A stretch of DNA of 64,000 bases from Candidatus Latescibacterota bacterium (lineage in GTDB: Bacteria; Latescibacterota; UBA2968; UBA8231): NCBI GenBank assembly GCA_965242865.1, contig CBDETK010000013.1, positions 1,152,001 through 1,216,000 of the forward strand, given 5' to 3'. The notes beneath the pieces are model-generated. The model had not been told where the DNA came from, ran no database searches, and saw only the letters and a list, made by a program, of their open reading frames with translations. This document shows, piece after piece, positions 1 through 9,914 of this stretch. The first letter of the stretch is position 1; each line of letters begins with the position of its first letter. The translations under genes were made by a program, and so were the position numbers.

Positions 1-738
1 CCCGGCCCCGAGGATCATGCACGGCATGTCCCCGCCGCCGGCGACGACGGGCGTGCCCTCGGCCAGCCCGGTCTGCTCGGCCGCCGCTCGGGTTACGGCC
101 CCGACTACGGCCGGCGAATCGACCAAGCGCGGGAACAGCCCCTCATCGACTTCCAAGGCCGCCAGAATTTCCCCGCACCACTGGCGCTCGTGTAGATCAA
201 ACGCGGCCGTGGTCGAGGCATCCGACACCTCGGCCGCTATCTGTCCGGTGAGCCGGTAGCGCAGCCAATCCTTGGGAAGCAGCATCCAGCGGCTCTGCTG
301 GTAAACGTCGGCTGCATGGGCTTTTACCCACAGCACCTTCGCCAGGGTATTGACCGGCCCCAATCGCATCAGCGTCCGCTCCCGCAGCAAGTCTCCGGCC
401 CGCTGCTCGGCCCAATCGCACTCGGCTTGCGAGCGGTGATCGAGCCAGATCGGCACCCGCTGCAAGGGCTGCCCCGCGCCATCGACAAACACCGCGCCGT
501 TGATCTGCCCGGACAGGCCGACGCAAGCGACCTGCGCTGGAGCTACATCGGCGAGGGCCTGACGCGCTGCCGCGCCCAGCCCGCGCCACCAGTCCTCCGG
601 GTCTTGCTCCACCCACCGAGGATGCGGCTTGTAGAGCGGATACTCGGCCTGCCCCCTACCGATGAGATCGCCAGCCTCGTCGAGGAGGACGGCCTTGGTG
701 CTCCCCGTGCCCAAATCAATGCCCAGTACACAGCGCAT
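1..738 (-). CDS. FGGY-family carbohydrate kinase (xylulokinase-like), runs off the window edge
   Basis: Hand translation from ATG 738 gives MRCVLGIDLGTGSTKAVLLD...WVEQDPEDWW...GLSGQING...IWLDHRS, the FGGY N-terminal motifs. It is missing from the ORF track because the stop lies outside the window. Confidence 0.9.
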   Translation of the reverse strand, partial: MRCVLGIDLGTGSTKAVLLDEAGDLIGRGQAEYPLYKPHPRWVEQDPEDWWRGLGAAARQALADVAPAQVACVGLSGQINGAVFVDGAGQPLQRVPIWLDHRSQAECDWAEQRAGDLLRERTLMRLGPVNTLAKVLWVKAHAADVYQQSRWMLLPKDWLRYRLTGQIAAEVSDASTTAAFDLHERQWCGEILAALEVDEGLFPRLVDSPAVVGAVTRAAAEQTGLAEGTPVVAGGGDMPCMILGAG

Positions 739-747
739 CTATCCCTC

Positions 748-1995
748 CTATCCAAATCGATCTACGTTGCACAAACTCAGATTAAACCCCGGCTCCTCGC
801 CCTGCACCACGCGCGCGGTCACCGCCCCAGTAACCGCCCCCAGCGACACCCCGATCATGGCGTGCCCGGCCGCCACCGTGAGATTGTCGTACGCGCCCGC
901 CCGCCCCAAAAAAGGCAAGCCATCCGGCGTACAGGGCCGCAGGCCCCGCCACACTTCGATTAGGTCCAGCGCATCCGGCGTCCACGCCGGTACGTAGCGC
1001 GGCACCGCATGAACAATCGCGGCCACCCGCCGGCGGTTGATCGACGTATCCATGCCGGCCAATTCGAGCGTGCCGGCAAAGCGCAGCTTGTCCCCTATGG
1101 GGGTCGCGCCAACGCGGGCCTCCACCAACATCAGCGGGACCGCCGGGCACGGGTCTGGCTTGTGAAAGGTGACGCTGTAGCCCTTGGCCGGCTGCACCGG
1201 CAGGGACAAGCCCAGCGCGCGGGCCACGCCCGGCGACCACGCCCCACTGCATAGCACGACTTCGGCCGCGGCAAAATCCCCGCGCGTCGTCTCGACCGCT
1301 TGGATGCGACGCCCTTTTTTGCCAAACCCCAACACCTCGGTTTTCTCGTGGACCTGCACCCCGCGCTCAACGCAACGCGCGGCTAACGCTCGCACGAGAC
1401 GCGCTGGGTCCAAGTGGGCGTCTTGCGCGTAAAACGCCCCGCCCACGCAGTCCAATTCCACGCCCGCCCGCTGCCGCGCCTGTTGGGCGTCAACCCTTTC
1501 CACCGCCAGCCCTATCGCCTGCATCTGCTCGGCCTCTTCGCGGACGTGCTGCAAGCCTTGTTCGGTCTTGCACAACAAAAGCCGGCCCTCGTGCCCAAAG
1601 GCAAACCCCAATTCTGCGGCCCAGCCCTGATACAGCCGCAAGCTCTCCAAGTGCATATCGCGCAACAGCGGCATGGCCTGATGCACCCGCCGCACGGTGC
1701 TGGCCTTGCGGAACTGCCACAGCCAAGCCACCAGTTCGCGATCCCAGCGCCATTTGATGTAAAAGGGGCTATCCGGGTTGAACATCCACCGCAGGCCCTG
1801 GGCGATAACCCCGGGCTCGGCCAGCGGCACGCTGTGGCTGGGCACAATCAGCCCGGCATTGCCGTAGGAGCTCCCCGCGCAGACCTCGTCCTTTTCGACC
1901 ACAGTGACCGCACGGCCCTGCTCCTGCAGAAAGTGCGCCGCGCAAATCCCGACGACTCCGCCGCCGATGACCAGCACATCTACTTGTTGCGTCAT
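748..1995 (-). CDS. FAD-dependent D-amino acid dehydrogenase (DadA/DAO family)
   Basis: VIGGGVVG FAD motif, GSSYGNAG, QPAKGYS, WRGLRPCTPDGLP and GHAMIG motifs. Confidence 0.9.
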   Translation of the reverse strand: MTQQVDVLVIGGGVVGICAAHFLQEQGRAVTVVEKDEVCAGSSYGNAGLIVPSHSVPLAEPGVIAQGLRWMFNPDSPFYIKWRWDRELVAWLWQFRKASTVRRVHQAMPLLRDMHLESLRLYQGWAAELGFAFGHEGRLLLCKTEQGLQHVREEAEQMQAIGLAVERVDAQQARQRAGVELDCVGGAFYAQDAHLDPARLVRALAARCVERGVQVHEKTEVLGFGKKGRRIQAVETTRGDFAAAEVVLCSGAWSPGVARALGLSLPVQPAKGYSVTFHKPDPCPAVPLMLVEARVGATPIGDKLRFAGTLELAGMDTSINRRRVAAIVHAVPRYVPAWTPDALDLIEVWRGLRPCTPDGLPFLGRAGAYDNLTVAAGHAMIGVSLGAVTGAVTARVVQGEEPGFNLSLCNVDRFG

Positions 1996-2054
1996 AGCCA
2001 AGCCTCGCGTTAGTCCGGCATTTACTACGCGACACCAGCCCTCCGCCTTCCAAA

Positions 2055-2112
2055 GGATCGAGGGCGGGACGCCCTCGATCCCGGACGCAAAGCAAGAGTC
2101 GCGTACTTAGGT
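2055..2112. repeat. Dispersed REP/MITE-like element, copy A (internally deleted)
   Basis: Perfect hairpin GGATCGAGGGCG-GGA-CGCCCTCGATCC plus the tail AGCAAGAGTCGCGTACTTAGGT. Related copies occur near 23805 and 61140. Confidence 0.75.
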
Positions 2113-2208
2113 CCGGCATCTTGACGCCGGATGCGTTTCGCGCTACGTATTCGAGGGAGATTATACGCCGAAACCCTAGGTTGAGCCACCAGCAGAAAGG
2201 AACTATCC

Positions 2209-3252
2209 ATGCTAGATCGCGCCGTGCGCGTCGGAATGATCGGCTGCGGCACCCAAGCCAACGTTCACTTTACCGGCATCGAGGCCCTCGGTGCAGACCA
2301 AGCAACGGTTGCCGCGGTCTGCGATCTCGACGGCGACCGCCTCGCCGCGGCCGGCCAGCGCTGGCCCAAAGCCCGGGCGACCCAAGACTATCGGGCCATG
2401 CTCGCCCCGGGCGACCTCGACTTGGTCATCGTCGCCACCATGCCCAACACGCACGCGGCCATGTCGTTGGCCAGCCTCGACGCTGGGGCCTGCGTGTTGT
2501 GCGAAAAGCCCTTTATGATGAATGGAGCGCAGGCCGAAGCCGTTCTCGCCAAGGCCGCGGCGACCGGGCTGCAAATCCAGCTCGGCACCAACATGCGCTA
2601 CATGCCGAGTTCGCGGTATTTGCGCGATCTGGTCCAAGCCGGCACCATCGGCGAGCCGGTGTTCGCCAAGGCCTGGGGCTGCCATCACGACCCGCCCGTT
2701 TGGGGGCCGCACTATCACCGGGCGACCTCTGGCGGCGGCGTCCTCGCTTCGACCTTGGTCCACACGCTCGATTTGGCGATGTGGGTCGGCGGCTCGCCCA
2801 ATCCGCTCACTGTCAGCGCGGCGACCCGCCGCCTCTTTCCCGGCAAGCGCGGCCCCAAGATCGACGCGGCCATCCACGCGCGCTACGACGCCGAAGACCT
2901 CATCAGCGCCTTGGTGCGCTTTGACAACGGTGCCTTTTACTCCTTAGAGGGCAACTGGTGCAGCGAGGGGACCGACTTCCACAGCTTTGAGCTGACCACC
3001 ACCCAAGGCACCATCACCGGCGCACCCTTTGCGGTCAAAGTGGATGTCCAAGGCGAGATCGTCGATCAAACGCCCCCACTCGACAGCGACGACTGGTTCC
3101 AAAGCGTCCACACCCAAGACGCCGCCCTCATCGCCCAACTCCGCGCCGGCGAGCCTTGGACCATGCAGGACGCCCGCCAGCTACTCAACCTGCAAAAGGT
3201 CGTCGATGCCTGCTACGAGTCCGCGCGGACGGGCCGAGAGGTTGTACTATAG
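2209..3252 (+). CDS. Gfo/Idh/MocA family oxidoreductase
   Basis: VGMIGCG Rossmann motif, VLCEKP and GGGVL..H..D. Confidence 0.92.
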   Translation: MLDRAVRVGMIGCGTQANVHFTGIEALGADQATVAAVCDLDGDRLAAAGQRWPKARATQDYRAMLAPGDLDLVIVATMPNTHAAMSLASLDAGACVLCEKPFMMNGAQAEAVLAKAAATGLQIQLGTNMRYMPSSRYLRDLVQAGTIGEPVFAKAWGCHHDPPVWGPHYHRATSGGGVLASTLVHTLDLAMWVGGSPNPLTVSAATRRLFPGKRGPKIDAAIHARYDAEDLISALVRFDNGAFYSLEGNWCSEGTDFHSFELTTTQGTITGAPFAVKVDVQGEIVDQTPPLDSDDWFQSVHTQDAALIAQLRAGEPWTMQDARQLLNLQKVVDACYESARTGREVVL

Positions 3253-3293
3253 CCATCCAAGCATGAAAGTCCTGCTTTTTGATGTCGTCGTGT

Positions 3294-5168
3294 TTAGCCA
3301 TCTTTGGCCTCACTTGGATCATCTTCTCCCGACATGCGCTGTGCCTTTAGTTGGGCTCCCGCTTCTGTAATGACATACTGCTGGTTCGACGCCCGGGGTT
3401 TCTCCGGGTTGGTCATTTCCACAATCCCGGACTTAATCAGCGGATCGAGGTAGCGTTTCTTGAAATAACCCCGATTGGTTATGCCAAGAGCTTCCAGAAT
3501 ATCGCCCAGCCGACGAGGCACATCGCATAAGTCTATGATTTTCCAGTGAATTGCAGACAACGCTGTCAAAGGAAAAACTTGTGCAGTGGACAAGTCATTG
3601 GAATGTCCCTCAACTTGTGCAGTGGACAAGTCGGGCGGCTTGGGCTGAACTTGTACAGAGACCAAGTCCTCGCCTCGTGTATCAGCTTGCTCAGTTTGGC
3701 GAAATCGATCCTCCAGATGCTCAGCCAAGGCGTACTCTCTGCCAGCTTCGACAATTCTGAAAAGCACTTTTGTGACCAAGACATCGGCTAGTTCCCTCGC
3801 AGCCGGTCCTGCAAGACCTGTTACGGCCTTGACCTGCGAAAGCGTGATTACCTGTTCTCGGCAGCCAAATGCAAATACCCTTGCCTGTTCGTCGGTGAGT
3901 TGTACGCCGAGGCTTGCCTGAAAAAGAATCTGCTGCTCCGACAGAAGTTCTTCTTTTTTTAGGATAAGCTCAAAGCACTTGTGTCTCTTGATGTTGGCAA
4001 TCGCGGGCGGAACATAGCCCAACTCCTGCCAGTTGCGAAAGACATCGCGCAGTCCCCATCCGGCATTCTCGCTCAGCCCGATGCGCCGGAAAGCAGTCAC
4101 GATTCGGGGATTGCGAACCTCCTTTTCACCGGGTTCGAGTAGGTCAGCATCGGTGGCGAAGGCATCGCCGGGATTCCAGAAAACGGTCTGGTCCGTATAG
4201 TGACGGATACTCGCCTTGCGAGAATGATCGGAGTAATCTTGGTGGATGAGCAGGTTGACCATTGATTCGCGAAAAGCGCGGTAGTCCGGCGGCGTATCAT
4301 CTCGCTGCAGAGATGTGGGATCAACTCGGAATGGCACTTCAGCGAATCTCTGGTACCAATCAACAAGGGACTGCCAAGTGCGAATGAGATTCTCGTCGAG
4401 CACAAGTCGATCATTCCAGCGTTCACCAGCATCGGCCCTGTCGCGATCCCGCGCAAATCGCTGACAATCCACTACAGGACGTGGCAAGAGTTGCCGGAAG
4501 GCTGCATTGGTGCCAAACAAAAAAATCGCTGCACGAGATGGATATACCTGGCCGTTCTGTTCAACAAGCAAACCCATCTCGTTGAGGAAGTCCGCGTCGG
4601 ATAGTTTTACGTAGGATCGGTTCCCCGGCCGTCCTTCATAAGTCTCCCGGTACCACTTAATGCTCTCCCTGTCGAGTGCCGTACTCAGGTTAAGATCGAC
4701 GGATTGGCCGTCATAGCGCTCCGCTGCCGCGTCCATGAGAAATCGATTCCGTTCGTTGTCCGAGCAGCGAATGTCGCTTCCTCCGCTGCGAACAAACGAG
4801 CGGCGAATATCCCCGTTCAGGAAGACGGGCTTGTCCGAACGATGCGCTTCAGGCACATAGAAGACAAGCAGGTCCGAGTCGTCGTACTTGTGCAGTTCCT
4901 CCCGAACATCCATCACCACGCTTATCTTGTCGGGTTGCCGCAACGCAGTCAGAAACTCGCTCTGAACTTTATCGACCTCGAGAACGCCAACGACCTCCAT
5001 GTCCTGCCCGCTCTTCTTGACGCCGAACACAAGGTGACCGCCCTCGGTGTTTGCAAAGGCAGACACCGTCTCATAAGCATTTCGCGGCACGGCGCGTTGC
5101 GCTTCCTTGAACTCAACATCGCGCCATTCGTGCGCGTTGAGTAGTTCTATCAGTTCATCCTGCGTCAT
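3294..5168 (-). CDS. AlbA_2 (Schlafen-like) domain protein with a RecG-C/HATPase-like middle domain and a C-terminal wHTH
   Basis: EWRDVEFKEA...ETVSAFANTEGGHLVFGV (AlbA_2), RESMVNLLIHQDY, RNPRI...ENAGWG, and C-terminal YLDPLIKSG...PEKPRASNQQY. GC is lower than in the flanks. Confidence 0.85.
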   Translation of the reverse strand: MTQDELIELLNAHEWRDVEFKEAQRAVPRNAYETVSAFANTEGGHLVFGVKKSGQDMEVVGVLEVDKVQSEFLTALRQPDKISVVMDVREELHKYDDSDLLVFYVPEAHRSDKPVFLNGDIRRSFVRSGGSDIRCSDNERNRFLMDAAAERYDGQSVDLNLSTALDRESIKWYRETYEGRPGNRSYVKLSDADFLNEMGLLVEQNGQVYPSRAAIFLFGTNAAFRQLLPRPVVDCQRFARDRDRADAGERWNDRLVLDENLIRTWQSLVDWYQRFAEVPFRVDPTSLQRDDTPPDYRAFRESMVNLLIHQDYSDHSRKASIRHYTDQTVFWNPGDAFATDADLLEPGEKEVRNPRIVTAFRRIGLSENAGWGLRDVFRNWQELGYVPPAIANIKRHKCFELILKKEELLSEQQILFQASLGVQLTDEQARVFAFGCREQVITLSQVKAVTGLAGPAARELADVLVTKVLFRIVEAGREYALAEHLEDRFRQTEQADTRGEDLVSVQVQPKPPDLSTAQVEGHSNDLSTAQVFPLTALSAIHWKIIDLCDVPRRLGDILEALGITNRGYFKKRYLDPLIKSGIVEMTNPEKPRASNQQYVITEAGAQLKAQRMSGEDDPSEAKDG

Positions 5169-5275
5169 CTGTTCACTCCAGCCCGATCCTTACCTCTCGT
5201 TCTTGGTCAAGAATTTTCTTCATGAGAGTGTCTTCAACGCCTCGCGCTTCTCTTGTGAATTTTTTCAATTTTCGC

Positions 5276-6340
5276 CTAGCCCGAAGGCCGCATGGCCTCG
5301 CCGCGCAGCAAAAAGGCGCGGATGTCGTAGCGGCCCGGACGCTCAACCGGCAAATCTCCCGCTTCGATCATCACCTCCAGCGGCGAAGCCATCGTCCGCA
5401 ACGGCAGCGCGGTCACCTCGTGGAGCCGCGCCGACTCGTACGCGGCCATGATGATCTCCACCGCCGCCCGGCCGTTTTCCGCACGACCGCGATGCTCAAC
5501 CCGGCCTTCGATCCACTCCACGATCTCGCGCTGCTGCCCAACGCTGGGGTCCTCGCCCTCGGCCGAACGCTCCTCCCAAGTGCCGGTCTGAGTATTGAGC
5601 AGCCGCACCTTGCGCTCGTCGAGTTCGAGGATTCCCTCTGAGCCGTAGAAGACCCCGCCTTGGTAATTCGGGCCGGCCAACTCCTGCAAAAGCTGGCCGA
5701 TGGCCCCGTTGTCGAACTGGACCACGCACAGACTGCGATCCTCAATGGGGATGTCGCGCTCAAAACGCTCGGTCTTGCGCTCGACATTGCCCATCACCCA
5801 CACGGCCTGCGGGTCGCCCATCACGTAGCGCATCATGTCCAACAGGTGCGAGCAGTCGTTGAGCAAGCCCTGACCGCCGCGGGCGTTGACCTGTCGCACC
5901 TCACCAACGGCCCCGGCCGCCACCAGCTCCTTGGCCAAGGTCCACGCCGGATTGAAGCGGCGCTGGTGGGCAATGGCCAGCTTGACGCGGTTGCGCTGGG
6001 CGGCGATTAGCATGGCGTCGCAATCGCCCAAATTCGTCGCCATGGGCTTTTCGCACAGCACGGCTCGGGGCGTGCGCGCACAGGCGGCAATCGTCATCGG
6101 GGCGTGCAACTTGTGCCAAGTGCAAACCGAGACGATGTCGAGCGCCTCTGCGTCGAGCATTTGGCGGAAATCCTCGTAGCGTTGCGCGATCCCATGCCGC
6201 CCGCCGAACTCCTCTCGCGCCGCGGCCACTGGATCGGCCAGCGCCACCACCTCGACTTGGTCCACCCCGTTCCAGCCTTGTACGTGGTAGTTGGCAATGC
6301 CGCCACAGCCGATAATACCCACTCGATACTTCGCTGCCAT
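5276..6340 (-). CDS. Gfo/Idh/MocA family oxidoreductase
   Basis: VGIIGCGGIA, VLCEKPMA and HQRRF motifs. Confidence 0.92.
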   Translation of the reverse strand: MAAKYRVGIIGCGGIANYHVQGWNGVDQVEVVALADPVAAAREEFGGRHGIAQRYEDFRQMLDAEALDIVSVCTWHKLHAPMTIAACARTPRAVLCEKPMATNLGDCDAMLIAAQRNRVKLAIAHQRRFNPAWTLAKELVAAGAVGEVRQVNARGGQGLLNDCSHLLDMMRYVMGDPQAVWVMGNVERKTERFERDIPIEDRSLCVVQFDNGAIGQLLQELAGPNYQGGVFYGSEGILELDERKVRLLNTQTGTWEERSAEGEDPSVGQQREIVEWIEGRVEHRGRAENGRAAVEIIMAAYESARLHEVTALPLRTMASPLEVMIEAGDLPVERPGRYDIRAFLLRGEAMRPSG

Positions 6341-6367
6341 GTCGTCTTCCTTTTCCTTTGTTGAAGG

Positions 6368-8251
6368 TTAGCTGATCCACTCGACAAGCGCGTCCGCGCT
6401 CAGGCCCTCGGCCTCCACCACGAGCCGCGCTTCCGCGCCCGCCGCCCGGGCGATGCGCTCCGGGAAGTGCTCCCCGGCCCCATACACCAACAGCCGCCCA
6501 GGCGCACACAGCGCGAGGGCTGTCCGCACGTCGCCCAAGGCCCGAATCCCGGGCGCGAACAACGCTCCGGTCCACGCTTCGTCGTCGCTCAGGTCGCGGC
6601 CGCCCCAGTCCACGGCCGTGCGGCCGACGCCCCGAACCAACGCCCGCGCAAATAGGCACCAGACGCCGGCCTCGCCTAGGCCGACGAGATGACGCTGGCC
6701 CACGCGCCAATGCTGGTCCAAATAGGCCAGCCCCGTGAGAATATCCTGCACCCGGCAAGCCATGGTCGCCTGATTGTACGTGTGGTACAGGGGATCCAGC
6801 TCGTCGTGCCCTGCCCGCTCGGTGCCATCGGTTAGGAACGGGGCGACGACCAGCACGGCCCCACCCGCCTGCAACAGCCCCTGCGCCAGCTCGCCCGGCT
6901 CGTCGCCGGCCCAGTGCGCGTCGGCAATTAGCGTCGCCGGCACCGCGCCTTGGGGACCTCGCGGCACAAAAAACGCCGTACGCACCCGCTCCCCTCGGCC
7001 CACGCGCCCCAAGACTAGCTGCTCGGCCACATAGCCCGCTTCCCGTTGAAACCCCAAGCTCTCGACCGCTACTTGGGGCGCGGCCTCCACCCCGAGCAGA
7101 CTCGCCAACGCCGAGCGCGTGGGCCGCTCAAAGCACCCCAACCGCCCGGCCAACCGCTGCTCGCTACGGGCGATCACGGCCGCAAAGACCCCTGGCGCGT
7201 CGAGCGCGTGGGCCGGCTTTGCACGGCCGCTGAACACCAGCAAATCCTCGTCCCGCTCCACGGCAAACGCCTGCTCGGCGACCCGTCCCTGCCCGCCGAG
7301 CAGGTGGCACTTAAAAAACGCGTACACCGCCTCGCGGCTCGGCTGGTTGTAGTTGTGCGGGGCGTCTATCTGCACCGCGCTCACCTGATCTTGCGCTCCG
7401 TAGAGGTCGTAGATCGCACGCACGGCCGGGAATTCCACCTCGGGCGTGTTCGCGGTCCAGTCGCCGGTACACGACACCAGCAACAAGGGCCGCGGTGCCA
7501 TGCAACTGGCGATTTCTACGTTGTTGATGTCCAGCCGCAAGTGGCCCTGATTCTCGCAGCGACAGCCGCCCTGCATGAAGGCCGAGACCATGTTGACCGG
7601 GGCGGCGGCCTTAATCCGCTCGTCGACCGCCATCAGCAAAAAGGTCTGCGTCCCCCCGCCGGACGCGCCCGTGCAGCCGATGCGCTCGGCCTGTACATCC
7701 GCCAGCGAGGCGAGCAAGTCAATCGCCCGAATGCTGTTCCACAGTTGCAAGCTCAACGCGCCGATTCCCCACAGGGCCTCGCGCCGCCCCCCAATCTCCC
7801 GATGCACCAATTGATCGCTGTCGTTGTACCCGACCATGTCGTACGAAAAGGCCACGAGGCCCTGCCGCGCAAAGTTGATGCAGCGCCCGGCAATCGACCC
7901 CAACTCGGCGTTTTCGAGCCGCCCGCGCGGCCAGTGGCCGTGCGGACAAGCAACCGCCGGAAAAGGCCCCTCCCCGAGCGGCCGGTACAGATTGCCGCAG
8001 ACGAAAAACCCGGGTAGGCTCTCGAAAAAGACCTTTTCCACTGCATAGCCCTCCCGCTCAATCCGCCCAAAAATCTGCGCCTTGAGCGGCGTCTTGGCCG
8101 GCAGGGGCCACAAGCCAGCGCAGACGAGAATGTGCTGGCGGATGGCCGCGGCCCGCTTTTCCCACTCGGCCAGCGTCCCATAGCGGCGCAAGGCCCACGG
8201 CGTACTGACGTGCTTGGGAGCACCAAGCCGCGCATCGCGTACAACAGCCAT
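6368..8251 (-). CDS. Alpha/beta hydrolase, acetyl-xylan/carbohydrate esterase-like, with a degenerate second hydrolase domain
   Basis: PHGHW, GCTGASGGG nucleophile elbow, APRPLL and PHNY. The second half has GLGEAG in place of the Ser motif. Confidence 0.8.
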   Translation of the reverse strand: MAVVRDARLGAPKHVSTPWALRRYGTLAEWEKRAAAIRQHILVCAGLWPLPAKTPLKAQIFGRIEREGYAVEKVFFESLPGFFVCGNLYRPLGEGPFPAVACPHGHWPRGRLENAELGSIAGRCINFARQGLVAFSYDMVGYNDSDQLVHREIGGRREALWGIGALSLQLWNSIRAIDLLASLADVQAERIGCTGASGGGTQTFLLMAVDERIKAAAPVNMVSAFMQGGCRCENQGHLRLDINNVEIASCMAPRPLLLVSCTGDWTANTPEVEFPAVRAIYDLYGAQDQVSAVQIDAPHNYNQPSREAVYAFFKCHLLGGQGRVAEQAFAVERDEDLLVFSGRAKPAHALDAPGVFAAVIARSEQRLAGRLGCFERPTRSALASLLGVEAAPQVAVESLGFQREAGYVAEQLVLGRVGRGERVRTAFFVPRGPQGAVPATLIADAHWAGDEPGELAQGLLQAGGAVLVVAPFLTDGTERAGHDELDPLYHTYNQATMACRVQDILTGLAYLDQHWRVGQRHLVGLGEAGVWCLFARALVRGVGRTAVDWGGRDLSDDEAWTGALFAPGIRALGDVRTALALCAPGRLLVYGAGEHFPERIARAAGAEARLVVEAEGLSADALVEWIS

Positions 8252-8279
8252 TATGTTCCTCCTATAATTGATATTCGAC

Positions 8280-8328
8280 TTGACGCGCTTCTAAGGACGC
8301 GGGACATTGGGATTAATCAATCCCACTC
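8280..8328 (+). promoter_or_regulatory. Putative sigma70 promoter and palindromic operator upstream of the Phd-like gene
   Basis: TTGACG-17 bp-GACATT, immediately followed by the inverted repeat TGGGATT-AATC-AATCCCA. Confidence 0.4.
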
Positions 8329-8355
8329 AATGCTCATCACAGGAGCACCAACAGC

Positions 8356-8664
8356 ATGGGCAACCAGGTGAAGTCTATCAAACCTGTAGTACACCACATT
8401 CCCATCACCAAAGCACGCATCAACCTAGGTCAAGTCGTGCGCCGCGCCCACCTCAATCGCGAGTGTTTTGTCCTAGAGAAGGACGGCATCCCCGTGGCTG
8501 GCATCATGAACGTGGACGACATGGAAGACTGGCTCGAACACCAAGCCCCAGAGATGCGAACCCAGATTGGCCATGTAGAATACCAAGAGGGCAAGACGAC
8601 CTCACTCGATGCGTTCATTGCGGATGTACGCAAGAAAAGCCTCGGCAAGCGGCAAAGCAAGTAA
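8356..8664 (+). CDS. Phd/YefM-family antitoxin (no adjacent toxin)
   Basis: IPITKARINLGQVVRRA...FVLEKDGIPVAGIMNVDDME is a Phd fold. AGGAG RBS upstream. Confidence 0.75.
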   Translation: MGNQVKSIKPVVHHIPITKARINLGQVVRRAHLNRECFVLEKDGIPVAGIMNVDDMEDWLEHQAPEMRTQIGHVEYQEGKTTSLDAFIADVRKKSLGKRQSK

Positions 8665-8699
8665 TCCTCGGGGGCCTGTCGCGCCCTTTAGCCCCCGCA

Positions 8700-9887
8700 C
8701 TACCAAGGAATAGCGTCGTACAGAAAGGCCGCGGCCGCGGCATGCGCCCGACTGTTGGGATGAAAATCCGTCGGATGGACCCAGTACTGCTGGGCGTCCT
8801 TGCCAGCGAAGAGCGGGAGCAGATCCACGGAGTGGATTCCCTCCTGCTGCGCCACGGCCTCGATAATTTCGTGTACCTCTGTTAGGGGATAGGCGTCGAG
8901 TTGGTAGAATAGAGGCCAGACGACCAAAGAGAATGCAATCCCCCTAGCCGCGCAGTAATCCTTCATCCAGCCGAGCAACTGCCGGGTCTGGGGCCAATGG
9001 GGGTTGTTGGTGTAGAGTTGTCGATACCACTCAGTGGTCTCGCGGGCGATCTGCTGCCGCTTCCAGCGCGTGGCAAACCAACGCAGGGTATAGCTATCCC
9101 ATCCCGCCAAAAATCGGACGGCATTCGATCTGGACCGCAAGCCTATAAAATTGTTAAATTCACCGTCCAACTCTAGACGACGCCCACCGTTCTCACCGTC
9201 CAACGCTAGACGACGCCCGCCGTTCTCACCTGTAAAACCTCCCAATTCTCTGCCCCACTTCTTCAGACGCCCCTGCTTAATTGGATCGTTTAGGACAAAC
9301 GAATACACGACGTGATCGACCCGAGCAAAGTACTCGACATAGTGTTCCATGGCCTCGGCGACCTCCCCGATATGCCTGCCCCCTTCACAGGCATTGAAGA
9401 TCCGATAGTGCTCGGCGGGGTGCTCCCGATTCAAGCGGGTCTCCAAGACATTCGAAAAGCGATCCACGACCCGCACTCCCGTACCAAAACAAAAGGAGTC
9501 GCCGACCAACAAGACGATTTTGTCTCTCTCCGCGTCGAACTCAGCCATGGGCCGCTCGCGCCGTCTCTTCTCGTTGCGGCACCACTCAATGGCATTGGGC
9601 ACTTTGCGCGGCGATAGATCGGCGAGGGCGGGATCGTCGTTCGCATTCGCCCTATAGGTCAATTCCCCCAACGGGTGTGCCCGCCGCAGATCCCAGTCGG
9701 GAGTACCCGCAAAGTGGTCGTCGTAGCACATCAGTCTAAGGCTTGGATCGTTCGTCTGGTAGATGACCATGGGATAGATCGGATCGGCCCGAGCGACGAG
9801 CCAAAAAGAGATTTCAACGACGAGCGCACTAACGGCCAAACTCGCAATGGCCAACAGCAGTTTACCGCCAATTGTGTCACGATTCAT
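8700..9887 (-). CDS. SGNH/GDSL hydrolase family membrane-anchored protein
   Basis: N-terminal TM helix, LVGDSFCFG block I and DFHPN block V. AAGGAGG RBS before ATG 9887. Confidence 0.8.
   Translation of the reverse strand: MNRDTIGGKLLLAIASLAVSALVVEISFWLVARADPIYPMVIYQTNDPSLRLMCYDDHFAGTPDWDLRRAHPLGELTYRANANDDPALADLSPRKVPNAIEWCRNEKRRRERPMAEFDAERDKIVLLVGDSFCFGTGVRVVDRFSNVLETRLNREHPAEHYRIFNACEGGRHIGEVAEAMEHYVEYFARVDHVVYSFVLNDPIKQGRLKKWGRELGGFTGENGGRRLALDGENGGRRLELDGEFNNFIGLRSRSNAVRFLAGWDSYTLRWFATRWKRQQIARETTEWYRQLYTNNPHWPQTRQLLGWMKDYCAARGIAFSLVVWPLFYQLDAYPLTEVHEIIEAVAQQEGIHSVDLLPLFAGKDAQQYWVHPTDFHPNSRAHAAAAAFLYDAIPW
9160..9230. repeat. In-frame 33-bp tandem duplication inside the SGNH gene
   Basis: Two near-identical units encoding GENGGRRL(A/E)LD. 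Confidence 0.85.
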
Positions 9888-9914
9888 TTGCGGAATGTCC
9901 TCCTTTAACACACG

